Source of the DNA: Candidatus Bathyarchaeum tardum
GTDB taxonomy: Archaea > Thermoproteota > Bathyarchaeia > Bathyarchaeales > Bathyarchaeaceae
Assembly: GCA_024650005.2 (NCBI GenBank)
Contig: CP122380.1
Coordinates: 352,001-416,000 of the forward strand
Reading direction: 5' to 3'
DNA: 64,000 bases
The translations under genes and the position numbers were made by a program. The notes under the pieces are model-generated. The model was not told where the DNA came from and did not search any database. It saw nothing but the letters and a program-made list of their open reading frames with translations. Below, piece after piece: positions 39,917 through 49,665 of the stretch (positions are counted from its first letter, which is position 1; each line of letters begins with the position of its first letter).

Positions 39917-40202
39917 TGAGCAGCAATTTTGCCCTTGCTCATTTTGATGTCTGTTCGTATTACTATTACCAGTTTGTACTCGAAAGCCGACGAATCAACA
40001 GTTGTTCTTCCAGTCATCGTTTTTTGCCTCAACAGTAACTACAGTGATGTTTTCTTCCTCTAAAATACTTCCATCCCCTACTTTCGTAAAGACGAGGTCA
40101 AATACGAACAAACAAAATAACCAACAACCGCCAAGGTTCCGGGATAACGCATCATGGGAACAAGAGAACGCCCCTGAAAATCCACATCCCCAACTTTTTC
40201 CA
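39917..40202. repeat. Direct repeat copy 2 (truncated pth2 5' fragment plus the functional GGR 3' end)
   Basis: Matches 37328..37618. Confidence 0.92.
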
Positions 40203-41295
40203 AAACCTTGTCGACTCCTAGGCGGTTACACAAACCAATTAGATAATCTGTTCTAGAATCGGAAAGACTGTTAAGCATTCTGCGCAACTGAAGCATAACT
40301 TTCAACTCAAAATCAACGGCTTGTCTCCATTGAGTCTCATAACTGGATAAGAACTCCTCAGAAAAATTGTTGAACTGAACAGCCTTAGCTGCAACTTCTC
40401 CTGCGATTTTGGCACAAGTTACCCCAAACACCACACCACCCCCTGTTGTAGCTTTGACTTGGGATGCAGCATCACCAACAGTGAGAAATCCGTTACAATA
40501 GGTTTTCTGAATTGGACCTGCCAAAGGTATCGGATGAACCGCCAACCTAGTAATTTTGCTGTGTTTTAGTTTCTGGGAAGCCACGGGATGTTTTTTCATA
40601 ACCTTTTCCAGATACAATCTTGGATTGCCCTTAGAAGTTGCCAAACCAACCTTTGCTGAACCATCAGTTTTGGGGATTATCCATGCAAAAAAATCTGGAG
40701 CAACCTTTGAACCCAGATACAACTCTACCATGTCTGTATCTACATTTTCTACAGAATCAACTTCTGCTTGAATTCCCCGCACAACAGTTGAAGAACTCAA
40801 ACCAGAAAGCCCTGATTGTTTCAAAACAGATGACGAACAACCCTCAGCATCAATAATCATGTTTGATTTGATTTTTTCTCCGTTTTTTAGAACAACTCCC
40901 TTTGCATAACCAGATTCAAAGAGCAGGGATTTTACTCGTGAGTTAAAACGATATTGGGCTCCTGCATTCATGGCGAGTTCTGCGAGGTGTTTATCGAATT
41001 TTTCTCGGTCCAGAACGTATGTGACTGGGGATTTGCATCGTAAAACGAACTGGTTGCCGTTTGGGGAAAAAATTTTTGCGCCCATGATCTTGTTTTCAAG
41101 GATTTCTGAAGGAAACTTTATTCCTAATTTTTGTAGGCTGGATATGCTGAGGTGTCCGGCGCAGTGGTTGGGTTTTCCGACTTGGTTGTGTTCTTCGCAG
41201 ACTATAACGTTGGTGTCTAGTTTGGCGGCGGAGTATGCTGAAACTGAGCCGCAGGGTCCTGCTCCAACTACAACGATGTCGGGGTTGTTTTTCAC
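40078..41295 (-). CDS. Geranylgeranyl reductase family flavoprotein (DGGGPL reductase-like)
   Basis: VVGAGPCG, IDAEG, FAWIIPK and GDAASQVKATTGGG motifs. Confidence 0.88.
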   Translation of the reverse strand: MKNNPDIVVVGAGPCGSVSAYSAAKLDTNVIVCEEHNQVGKPNHCAGHLSISSLQKLGIKFPSEILENKIMGAKIFSPNGNQFVLRCKSPVTYVLDREKFDKHLAELAMNAGAQYRFNSRVKSLLFESGYAKGVVLKNGEKIKSNMIIDAEGCSSSVLKQSGLSGLSSSTVVRGIQAEVDSVENVDTDMVELYLGSKVAPDFFAWIIPKTDGSAKVGLATSKGNPRLYLEKVMKKHPVASQKLKHSKITRLAVHPIPLAGPIQKTYCNGFLTVGDAASQVKATTGGGVVFGVTCAKIAGEVAAKAVQFNNFSEEFLSSYETQWRQAVDFELKVMLQLRRMLNSLSDSRTDYLIGLCNRLGVDKVLEKVGDVDFQGRSLVPMMRYPGTLAVVGYFVCSYLTSSLRK

Positions 41296-41397
41296 GTTTC
41301 TTCCTCGTTTGAATGCAGATATTATGGGTGGGGAAGTTTTAAAAGATAGCATATATAAGTGGGCAGTGTATTACTCAACTTTCCTTGAGGTGTTGCT

Positions 41398-41583
41398 GTG
41401 AGCGAAAAAATTAACATCGTTATGCCTAAATGCATGTCATGTAACCGAATTATCCCTCCGGGCGAAGACTCGACTAAAACTCTGTGCCCTGACTGTGGAG
41501 AAATCCTCATCTGGCGCTGCGCCAAATGCCGACAGTTCGGACGACACTACAAATGCCCAAAATGCGGATTCACTGGACCATAG
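41398..41583 (+). CDS. Zn-ribbon RNA-binding protein (DUF1610/COG2888)
   Basis: C..C, CPDCG..IWRC..CR and YKCPKCGFTGP. Confidence 0.9.
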   Translation: MSEKINIVMPKCMSCNRIIPPGEDSTKTLCPDCGEILIWRCAKCRQFGRHYKCPKCGFTGP

Positions 41584-41902
41584 ACGGTTAGTGAACCTCC
41601 AAATTCCCTTTTCGGATTAACATGAACTTTTTGAACCCTAACCATTCATCGGCTTTTTAGCCAAACATCTGTTTGTTTTTAAAACATTTTTGAGGAATAA
41701 TGTTGATGCTTTTGTATCCAGCAACCGTTGAATGTTTGTTCAACTAAATTCAACAATTTTTTAGTCTGAATTTTTGTTTCTCAAAAAAATGCTGGTTAAA
41801 GTTGCATTTCTGGTTTGTATTGTTTTGTTTATTTAGCATTAACAATTTGGCAAGAAAAAGCTTTTATTATAAACGGTAGAAACTGAATTCGAAGGTGAAT
41901 AT

Positions 41903-42547
41903 TTGATGACACTTGAATCAAGTAAAACATTAGGCGGAGTAGGCTCATTACTGATGGTAATTTCGCCCCTTACAGGATACGTTGGAGGGGGCTTTGGTGG
42001 ACTATTGGGACTTGTTGGATTAATTCTTGTACTTATTTCAGTTAAAGGACTAGCAGATTACTACAATGATGGTAGCATATTCAACAACACACTTTACGGT
42101 GTAATTTTCACCATAATTGGTGGCGTTGCATCTTTTGCGGCAGTTATTGTCGGCGGTGTTGGACTATTATCTGCCCTGAATCTTGACATTTCCACTATTG
42201 GCTCAGATCCTTCAGCTATTTCAGCAATCGATTGGGACGGAGCATTAGACTTTGAACTTCTCATGAACTTTATTACAATCATCCTTGTTGCTGCAGTCAT
42301 ACTTTTTGCATTGCTTGTAATATCAGCAATATTCTACAGAAAATCATTGAACACGCTATCTGAAAAAACTGGTGTTGAACTTTTCGGCACAACTGGAATG
42401 CTCATATTAATCGGCGCAATACTAACGATAATTGTAATCGGTGCTCTGATTCTTTGGGTTGCATTAATCCTGCTTACTGTTGCGTTCTTTTCAATTAAAC
42501 CCGAACCTGCTACTGTAGTATCCCCGCCACCTCCCACAGAAACATAA
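41903..42547 (+). CDS. DUF996 family membrane protein
   Basis: KTLGGVGSLL, GLADYY..IF and TGVELFGTTG..IGAILTI patterns. Confidence 0.82.
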   Translation: MMTLESSKTLGGVGSLLMVISPLTGYVGGGFGGLLGLVGLILVLISVKGLADYYNDGSIFNNTLYGVIFTIIGGVASFAAVIVGGVGLLSALNLDISTIGSDPSAISAIDWDGALDFELLMNFITIILVAAVILFALLVISAIFYRKSLNTLSEKTGVELFGTTGMLILIGAILTIIVIGALILWVALILLTVAFFSIKPEPATVVSPPPPTET

Positions 42548-42611
42548 AGCAACCTTAACGGCAATCAAAAAGCCTAAGTGTGGTTGAAAAACCCACTTTC
42601 TCTTTTTTTGT

Positions 42612-43229
42612 TTAACCTGAAATCAAATCAATACATTCTTTGATCGTTTCGACTTGTTCTTTAACTAATGAATACTTTATTGTCACTCCATCTGCTAATC
42701 CAGTGACTAGACCCTGCTGTTGCAGTTGTTTCATGTGCCATGTCAAAGCCTGAGAAGAAATATCCAACCGGTGAGCTAATTTTCCATGAGCTTCAGACTC
42801 TTCGTCGTGGAGTATGGTCAATATTTTTTCTACAGTTTCGTGCCTTAGGGCAGAAATTATTTTCATTTCTAACGGGGAAAACTTTCTGGATTTGAAGAAC
42901 CGTTTGTTTCGTCCATCTCTGCAATCAGAAATCAGATTTCCTTTGTCTAGGACTGTAAGGTGATACTGCACAACTCCAATTGGCAGGGCAAGGGCACTGC
43001 AGATTCCTCGAAAGTTGATTCCTGGGTTGTCAGTTATGAAATTGTAGATTTGAACACGGGTTGTTTGATTTAATACTGCTAAGCCGTTTCGTGGTACTTC
43101 TAAAAGGATTGATTGATAATTAAAAAGTGAGTTTTCTTGTTGGATGCTGCTTTTTGAGTATACTAAAACAATTAACGAGAAGAGCATGAGGGAAATCAGG
43201 AACAATGAAACTAGTTTAGGGCACTTCAA
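42612..43229 (-). CDS. Tandem winged-HTH regulator with hydrophobic N-terminus (COG3398-like)
   Basis: RVQIYNFITDNPGINF..VQYHL and a second HTH ISSQALTWH. Confidence 0.8.
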   Translation of the reverse strand: MKCPKLVSLFLISLMLFSLIVLVYSKSSIQQENSLFNYQSILLEVPRNGLAVLNQTTRVQIYNFITDNPGINFRGICSALALPIGVVQYHLTVLDKGNLISDCRDGRNKRFFKSRKFSPLEMKIISALRHETVEKILTILHDEESEAHGKLAHRLDISSQALTWHMKQLQQQGLVTGLADGVTIKYSLVKEQVETIKECIDLISG

Positions 43230-43352
43230 TTCAGTTCCTCTAAAGAAAATCGGTTTTCATGTATTTATTATATTTTGTAAACAAATGTACTAGTTGTTAC
43301 TGCTTCTCGTTAAGCTAAATGTTTTTAAACGATTCCTGCAGCCATTTCTTTT

Positions 43353-43410
43353 GCGGGTAGGTGGTACCTCCCACCCGTTCCGCATTATAAACCCCGGTGT
43401 CGGGAGGTAA
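43353..43410 (+). promoter_or_regulatory. Structured 5' leader, candidate riboswitch of the queT-queC-queT operon
   Basis: P1 GCGGGT/ACCCGT; loop TACCTCCC complementary to the SD-containing GGGAGGTA; TATA-like TTTTTAAA ~25-30 nt upstream. Confidence 0.55.
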
Positions 43411-43415
43411 AAATA

Positions 43416-43898
43416 TTGAAAATGAGTACAAAAGACCTTACGTTAGTAACTATGTTTGCTGCCCTTTACGCAGCCCTAGTTTATGTTTTTGCACCAATAT
43501 CTTTTATGGCTCTGCAATTTCGAGTCGCAGGAATAATCCGACCAGCAATATCAAAAAAATGGATCCTTGCTATCGGATACGCTATAGGCGTTGTTGTGGG
43601 AAATATTTTCAGCCCCTTTGCAGGTCCTTGGGACTTGTTATTTATGCCCATGATGAGCCTTCTTGCAGGATTGTTGGGTTACATCGTTTCAAAAAAGTTT
43701 GGCAACAACTATTTCATTTGTGGAATAATAGTAGCAACAGTGATTCCGATAAGTGTAGCTTTCATGCTTTTACAATTCGGTTCACCTTTTCTTGCAACTT
43801 TTCCATATCTATTAATTAGTGAACAAATAGTCTGTTTGATAGGTTCTGTTGTGTTCAAATTAATTGAAACCAGATACAAATGGTGGGAAACAAAATGA
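43416..43898 (+). CDS. queT: QueT family transporter
   Basis: AALYAAL..FAPISF..QFRVA; next to queC. Confidence 0.85.
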   Translation: MKMSTKDLTLVTMFAALYAALVYVFAPISFMALQFRVAGIIRPAISKKWILAIGYAIGVVVGNIFSPFAGPWDLLFMPMMSLLAGLLGYIVSKKFGNNYFICGIIVATVIPISVAFMLLQFGSPFLATFPYLLISEQIVCLIGSVVFKLIETRYKWWETK

Positions 43899-44551
43899 CC
43901 GAAAACCAAAAATGCGTAGTAGTATTAAGCGGCGGACCTGACTCGGTAACTACAGCTTATTGGGCAAAAAACCAAGGATACACCGTTCATGGATTAACTT
44001 GCAAGTATGGTCAAATAGCTTCAAAAGAAGTGGAACACGCTAAGCTGATTGCCGAAAAACTGGGTATAACATTGAAAGTAATTGACCTATCCTCGTTGCG
44101 GGAAATTTACATGGGTATAACTTCAGTTTGTGACGAAAACATTACCATGACAGGAGACTTTAGTCAACCAATTATTGTTCCCTTCCGGAATGCCATCTTT
44201 TTGTCTGTTGCAGTTGCTTATGCTTCTTCAGTTGGTGCAAACAAAATATTCTACGGGGCACAGGGCTCGGATGAACAATTTTATCCTGACTGCAGACCAC
44301 AATTCTATAAATCCTTTGAAGAAACCGCAAGACAGGGAACCGACGAAAACATAACAGTAGAAGCCCCTTTTAGTGGTGGACCAAAATCAGAAATAATCAA
44401 GCAAGGCACAGAACTTGGGGTACCCTTTGAACTAACTTGGTCGTGCTATTTTGGTAGGGAAAAACACTGTGGGACATGTGAGTCATGCATGAATCGTAAA
44501 CGGGCTTTTGAACAAGCTCAGATTCAAGATCCAACAGAATATGAAAAATAA
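43895..44551 (+). CDS. queC: 7-cyano-7-deazaguanine (preQ0) synthase
   Basis: SGGPDS, VPFRN, YPDCR and TWSCY..HCGTCESC motifs. Confidence 0.96.
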   Translation: MTENQKCVVVLSGGPDSVTTAYWAKNQGYTVHGLTCKYGQIASKEVEHAKLIAEKLGITLKVIDLSSLREIYMGITSVCDENITMTGDFSQPIIVPFRNAIFLSVAVAYASSVGANKIFYGAQGSDEQFYPDCRPQFYKSFEETARQGTDENITVEAPFSGGPKSEIIKQGTELGVPFELTWSCYFGREKHCGTCESCMNRKRAFEQAQIQDPTEYEK

Positions 44552-44569
44552 ATTGCAGGTAACAAACAA

Positions 44570-45100
44570 ATGAAAACAAGTGAAATAACGTTAACCATAG
44601 TTTTCACCAGTTTATACGCAGTTTTGCTCATACTCTTGGCTCCAATCTCCTTTGGACCCATACAATTACGAGTTGCAGACTGTCTAATTCCTTTAGCCGC
44701 TTTGTTTGGTTGGCCAGCAATCACCGGAGTAACTATGGGATGTTTGATAGGAAACGCATACTTTTGGCTAGGACCCCAAGACGTAATCTTTGGAACAATC
44801 GCAAACCTGATTGCAGCAACCATAGTATTCCTGTTCAGAAAACGCCAATTACTTGCATGCACGGCAGGAGCAATACCTATCGGAGTAATAGTAGGGGGTT
44901 ATCTTTGGTTATTCTTTGGATTTGAAGCAGACATCTTCGGATTACAACTGCCTGCAGTCGTTGGAATGATTACAAGCGTAACCCTTAGCACCATGATTGT
45001 CATGTCTGTACTCGGGTATGCTTTGCTCAAAGCTTTGAGCAGTTCCAGCGTAGTTCAAGCTTTGAAATCGTATGGGTTAAAAATTTATGCTACTGAATAG
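44570..45100 (+). CDS. queT: QueT family transporter (second paralog)
   Basis: LAPISFGPIQLRVAD..GVTMGCLIGN..DVIFG. Confidence 0.88.
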   Translation: MKTSEITLTIVFTSLYAVLLILLAPISFGPIQLRVADCLIPLAALFGWPAITGVTMGCLIGNAYFWLGPQDVIFGTIANLIAATIVFLFRKRQLLACTAGAIPIGVIVGGYLWLFFGFEADIFGLQLPAVVGMITSVTLSTMIVMSVLGYALLKALSSSSVVQALKSYGLKIYATE

Positions 45101-45185
45101 CATAAACTTGGTAACATCCAGACTGTAACAACTGAAAAAAGGATAAATTAAATTCTATCTTTTCTTTGTTGTAGTTGAAGAACTA

Positions 45186-45665
45186 ATGAACTACGAACAA
45201 GTTTTCCAGTTAGCCGAACCTTACCTTAAGAAAAACGATTTTGGTATGCCCCACACACGAAGAGTCTTTGAAATTGCAAAGAAAAACTTCGAAATCCCAA
45301 AAAACATCGAAGAACTTGTTTTTTGTTCCATAATCATGCACGATATCGGCGGAAGCACAATAGAAAAACAGTACAAGAACGGACCCGAAATAGCAACAAC
45401 TATTCTCAAAAACCTAGGATGCCCTGAAGCCTTTGTAAAACAAGTTTGTGAATTTGTGCGCACCCATCACGAACATCCAGATTCTCCCTCGTTGGCTTTC
45501 AAGATTTTGTACGACTCAGACAAACTAGTCATGTTTTCACCAGAAGAATATCCTTATTACACTTCTAATCCAAAATTTGACTGGAACCAAATTATTGCTT
45601 TAATATACCACGACCACGCCAAAGAATTAGCCAAACAACTGTTACAAAAACGCAGAAACAAATAA
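45186..45665 (+). CDS. HD domain phosphohydrolase
   Basis: HTRRV, MHDIG, HH and DSDKL motifs. Confidence 0.85.
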   Translation: MNYEQVFQLAEPYLKKNDFGMPHTRRVFEIAKKNFEIPKNIEELVFCSIIMHDIGGSTIEKQYKNGPEIATTILKNLGCPEAFVKQVCEFVRTHHEHPDSPSLAFKILYDSDKLVMFSPEEYPYYTSNPKFDWNQIIALIYHDHAKELAKQLLQKRRNK

Positions 45666-46147
45666 ACTATCTTTTCTTATGTTGCTCTTTTCTATTTTTG
45701 TGTAAAAATTTTTTGTGCCCATATGCTACAGAATTACTGACTTGTTTGAATAAGACAACAATAGTGCAAGAGACAACATTTTCTAAATTTTTGCCGATAA
45801 TGATTATTGTATCAACGGTCTTTACAGTTACTGTTTCTTCATCTTGTTCTATGGTCTTGGCTTAACCTGATGTTTATGATAACCTTCTTGTAGAATTTGA
45901 AACAATTAAAACTAAATGGTGTGCTCTAAAAACACGTGTAAATGCAACAAATATGATAATTGCTTTGACATAACCCCTTTTCAATCCAATTCCTAACCGT
46001 TTGGTTGTTGTTACAGTTGGTTTAGCTTAATAGTAGCAGTAACTTCAATCTAAGTAGTTGAATCAGTGAAACAGCTCAACTAGACGACAAACTTTTGAAA
46101 TAGTCCTTTAGCTTATATAGAACCGTTACAGTTCGAAATACAAAGAG

Positions 46148-47260
46148 ATGAGTTTCATGTCCAAAAAATATAACATCGTTGTTTTACTTGGCGATGGCAT
46201 AAGCAAAGAAGTAATTCCTGAAGCCGTCAAAGCCCTTGAAGCCACAAAAGACGTAGTAAATGGATTAGATTTTAAGTTTACCGAATACGAATGTGGATTT
46301 GAATATTTCCAAAAAACAGGCAAAGCATGGCCAGACGATGCATATCCTGCCTGTAAAGAATCTGATGCCATACTCTTTGGTGCCGTTGGAATGCCTGGAG
46401 TTGCAGGCTTTGAACACATAGTTTATGTTCACCGAATTTTACGACAAAAACTTGACCTATACGCTAACGTGCGCCCCAGCAAAGTACGCCCTAATATTCC
46501 TTGTCCTTTGTCTGGCAAAAAAGCTGGAGACATCGACCTAATTATCGTAAGGGAAGGAACTGAAGACCTTTATGCTCCTATTCGAGGTTCTCTTGAACGA
46601 TCAGAACAAACCGAAGTTGGGATCGACGTAAAAATTGTTACCCGTAAAGGTGCCGAACGCATAATTCGATACGCCTTTGAACTGTGCAAAGGAAAAACCA
46701 AAGGTGCACCCCTAGACGGAAAGAAACGAGTAACCTGTGTTGACAAAAGTACGGTTCTAAAAAGCTGTGCATTGTTCCGAGAAGTTTTTGATGAAATCGG
46801 AAAAGAATACCCAGACATCGAAAAAGACCCCGCCTTAATTGATGCGTGGGCTCAATGGATAATTAGACGACCCGAATATTACGACGTAATTGTTACCACA
46901 AACATGTTCGGTGACGTAATCTCTGACCTAACCTCAACTTTCCAAGGCGGGTTGGGCATCGCCCCAAGTGCAGAAGTCGGAGATCGATATGGAATGTTCC
47001 GACCCATCCACGGCAGCGCACCAAAATATTATGGCAAAAATGTTGCAAACCCAATGGCAACTATTTTGTCTGCAAAAATGATGCTTGACTGGCTAGCCCA
47101 ACAACACAACGATTCCGCAGCAAAAAAAGCTGCAGACCTAATCGACAAAGCAGTCGACGAAGTCATAACTGAAGCAAAAATTCTTACCTATGACCTCGGC
47201 GGCAACGCAAAAACCAGTGAAGTCGGTGACGAAATTGCCAAAAAAATTCGAAGCTATTAG
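46148..47260 (+). CDS. Isocitrate/isopropylmalate/tartrate dehydrogenase family protein
   Basis: [23 protein letters not shown] and HGSAP motifs. Confidence 0.88.
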   Translation: MSFMSKKYNIVVLLGDGISKEVIPEAVKALEATKDVVNGLDFKFTEYECGFEYFQKTGKAWPDDAYPACKESDAILFGAVGMPGVAGFEHIVYVHRILRQKLDLYANVRPSKVRPNIPCPLSGKKAGDIDLIIVREGTEDLYAPIRGSLERSEQTEVGIDVKIVTRKGAERIIRYAFELCKGKTKGAPLDGKKRVTCVDKSTVLKSCALFREVFDEIGKEYPDIEKDPALIDAWAQWIIRRPEYYDVIVTTNMFGDVISDLTSTFQGGLGIAPSAEVGDRYGMFRPIHGSAPKYYGKNVANPMATILSAKMMLDWLAQQHNDSAAKKAADLIDKAVDEVITEAKILTYDLGGNAKTSEVGDEIAKKIRSY

Positions 47261-47432
47261 AAAGCTTCCTTTTTCTTCTCTTTTTTGATTTTTTTCTTTT
47301 TGGTTTAGACCCAAAATTAAGTAACTTTTTATTTGTCCATTAAACTTAGCTAATCAAAGACATATTAGCTGCGAGTTTAATCCAGATTTTATTTGGGTTT
47401 CAATTAAACTTCAACTATAAGGATAAAGAATA

Positions 47433-49652
47433 ATGTACAAAAAAGGACTCATCCTAATTTTAATGTTATTTTTAGCAGCTTCAACCCTTTCTGTCGTAGT
47501 TTCTGAATCCACAGAACTTACTGATTGGCCTATGTTTCAGCAAAACCCTGCTTTCACTGGTCAGTCTGCATCAACTGCTCCTCGTACAAATCAGACCTTG
47601 TGGAAGTTTAATACGGGGGGACCTGTAGATTCTCCTGTTATCAATGATGGTGTAGTTTATTTTGGGTCCTTAGACGACAATGTTTACGCTTTGGATGCAT
47701 TAACTGGGAAACGAATATGGAGTTTCACAACGGGAGGAAACGTTTTGTCACCTGCTGCAGTTGCTGAAGGAATGGTTTTTGTCGGGTCTGAAGACTTTTA
47801 CGTTTATGCACTGAATGTTTCTGATGGAACTTGCATTTGGAGTTTCAGAACAGGCTATTTTGTTGATTCAGCAATCGCTTACTCAAACGGAATCGTTTAT
47901 GTTGCTTCAGAAGACGCTAACGTTTACGCTTTGAACGCATCAAATGGAGACTTGATTTGGAGTTACACAACGGGTTGCATGATCATGCTGTCTTCTCCTG
48001 TTGTTTATTCGGGCATTGTTTATGTTGGTTCTTTAGATAGCAAGGTTTACGCTTTGAATGCTACAACAGGAGACTATGTCTGGGGTTACACAACAGGAGA
48101 CATTATAGTTTCCACGCCCACAGTGATGGATGACGTAGTTTACATTGGTTCCGTTGACAGTAACTTGTACGCTTTAGATGCCTTCACCGGTGATCTGTTA
48201 TGGAATTTCACTACCGGCGGTCCAGTGTTTTCTGGACCTGCAGCAGTTGATGATTCAGTTTACGTGGGTTCAACTGACGGAAAAATCTACGCCCTAGAAG
48301 CTTCTAACGGTGCAATGCTTTGGAGTTACACTACTGAAAACTCGGTCAGTTCCTCTCCTGCGGTTGTTGATGGTTTAGTATACGTGGGTTCAGACGACTA
48401 CAACATTTATGCTTTGAATTCTACAACCGGGGATTACGTTTGGAGCTACAAAACTGCAGAAAAAGTGATTTCTATGCCTGCCATTTCTAACGGTTTAGTG
48501 TATGTGGGGGGATGGGATGGTCGATTATATGTTTTGGATGCTTATTCTGGCGCATTGGTGTGGCAATACATTACGGGTGGTGTTGTGGATTCTTCGCCTG
48601 CGGTTGTAGACGGGAAAGTATATGTTGGCTCTTATACTGGTCACGTATATTGCCTGAGTGCAACGCTTGGTGCTGTTCCTTTTGACGAATTTTCCAGCGA
48701 AGAAATATGGAACTACCAAACCAATGACATGGTGATGCTTTCTGGTCCTGCAGTAGTTAAGGGGGTGGTTTATGTTGGCTCATACGATTCAAATGTGTAT
48801 GCTTTGAACGCTTCTGATGGTACACAAATCTGGAACTACACTACTGGGTATGCTGTGGTCTCTTCTCCTGTTGTTGTAAATGAAGTTGTGTATATTGCTT
48901 CAGAGGACTACAACGTTTATGCTTTGAATGCTCAAACTGGAGAATTAATTTGGAGCTTTACCACAGGCAGTTTCATTCATATGTCGTCAACTGCTGTAAA
49001 AGACGGATTGCTTTATGTGGGTTCAAATGACCACAAAATTTACTGCTTAAATGCTTCTGACGGCTCTGTTGTTTGGGAGTACACTACTGGTGGTTTTGTA
49101 ATTTCTTCCCCTGCCGTAGTTGACGGTACAGTTTTTACAGGATCATACGACGGCACGGTTTATGCTATTGATGCATATTCTGGCGAATTAGTCTGGACAT
49201 ACGTTACTGGGGATTCTGTAGCTTCATCTCCTGCAGTTGCCGAAAACATACTTTATGTGGGATCAAATGACAACAAAATCTACGCTCTATCTGCCCAAAC
49301 AGGTGAGTTAGTCTGGAGTTACCAAACTGAAGGGGATGTTGCTTCTTCTCCAGCAGTAGCTGACGGCATAGTGTTTGTTGGTTCCCATGACCATAACCTG
49401 TACGCCTTGGATGCCTATACAGGTGAACTGATATGGAAATACAAAACTTTAGAAAAAATAGTTTCTTCCCCTGCAGTAGCCAACGGAAATGTCTATTTTG
49501 GTTCCTATGACCATATGGTCTACGCTGTAGGTGAGGATTCTCCAGTTGATATTCCACAAACTACTGAATTTCCGGTTTTTGAAACTACAGTTGTTTTTGT
49601 GGTAGCTTTGATTATCCTGATACTGATTGTTTATTTTAGAAGAAAAATTTAA
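47433..49652 (+). CDS. PQQ-like beta-propeller repeat surface protein (BamB-like, ~16 blades)
   Basis: Signal peptide, DWPMF, repeated SSPAV..G.VY.GS.D..YAL.A..G..W units, C-terminal TM with basic tail. Confidence 0.92.
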   Translation: MYKKGLILILMLFLAASTLSVVVSESTELTDWPMFQQNPAFTGQSASTAPRTNQTLWKFNTGGPVDSPVINDGVVYFGSLDDNVYALDALTGKRIWSFTTGGNVLSPAAVAEGMVFVGSEDFYVYALNVSDGTCIWSFRTGYFVDSAIAYSNGIVYVASEDANVYALNASNGDLIWSYTTGCMIMLSSPVVYSGIVYVGSLDSKVYALNATTGDYVWGYTTGDIIVSTPTVMDDVVYIGSVDSNLYALDAFTGDLLWNFTTGGPVFSGPAAVDDSVYVGSTDGKIYALEASNGAMLWSYTTENSVSSSPAVVDGLVYVGSDDYNIYALNSTTGDYVWSYKTAEKVISMPAISNGLVYVGGWDGRLYVLDAYSGALVWQYITGGVVDSSPAVVDGKVYVGSYTGHVYCLSATLGAVPFDEFSSEEIWNYQTNDMVMLSGPAVVKGVVYVGSYDSNVYALNASDGTQIWNYTTGYAVVSSPVVVNEVVYIASEDYNVYALNAQTGELIWSFTTGSFIHMSSTAVKDGLLYVGSNDHKIYCLNASDGSVVWEYTTGGFVISSPAVVDGTVFTGSYDGTVYAIDAYSGELVWTYVTGDSVASSPAVAENILYVGSNDNKIYALSAQTGELVWSYQTEGDVASSPAVADGIVFVGSHDHNLYALDAYTGELIWKYKTLEKIVSSPAVANGNVYFGSYDHMVYAVGEDSPVDIPQTTEFPVFETTVVFVVALIILILIVYFRRKI

Positions 49653-49665
49653 AAAAGTAGATGTA

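Noticed and set aside
37490-40202. Diverged repeat pair as a diversity-generating retroelement TR/VR
   Set aside because: Mismatches are not adenine-specific and are largely synonymous, and no reverse transcriptase is present.
47600-49520. Periodic nucleotide repeats as a CRISPR array
   Set aside because: They are degenerate coding repeats of beta-propeller blades; there are no identical repeats with unique spacers and no cas genes.
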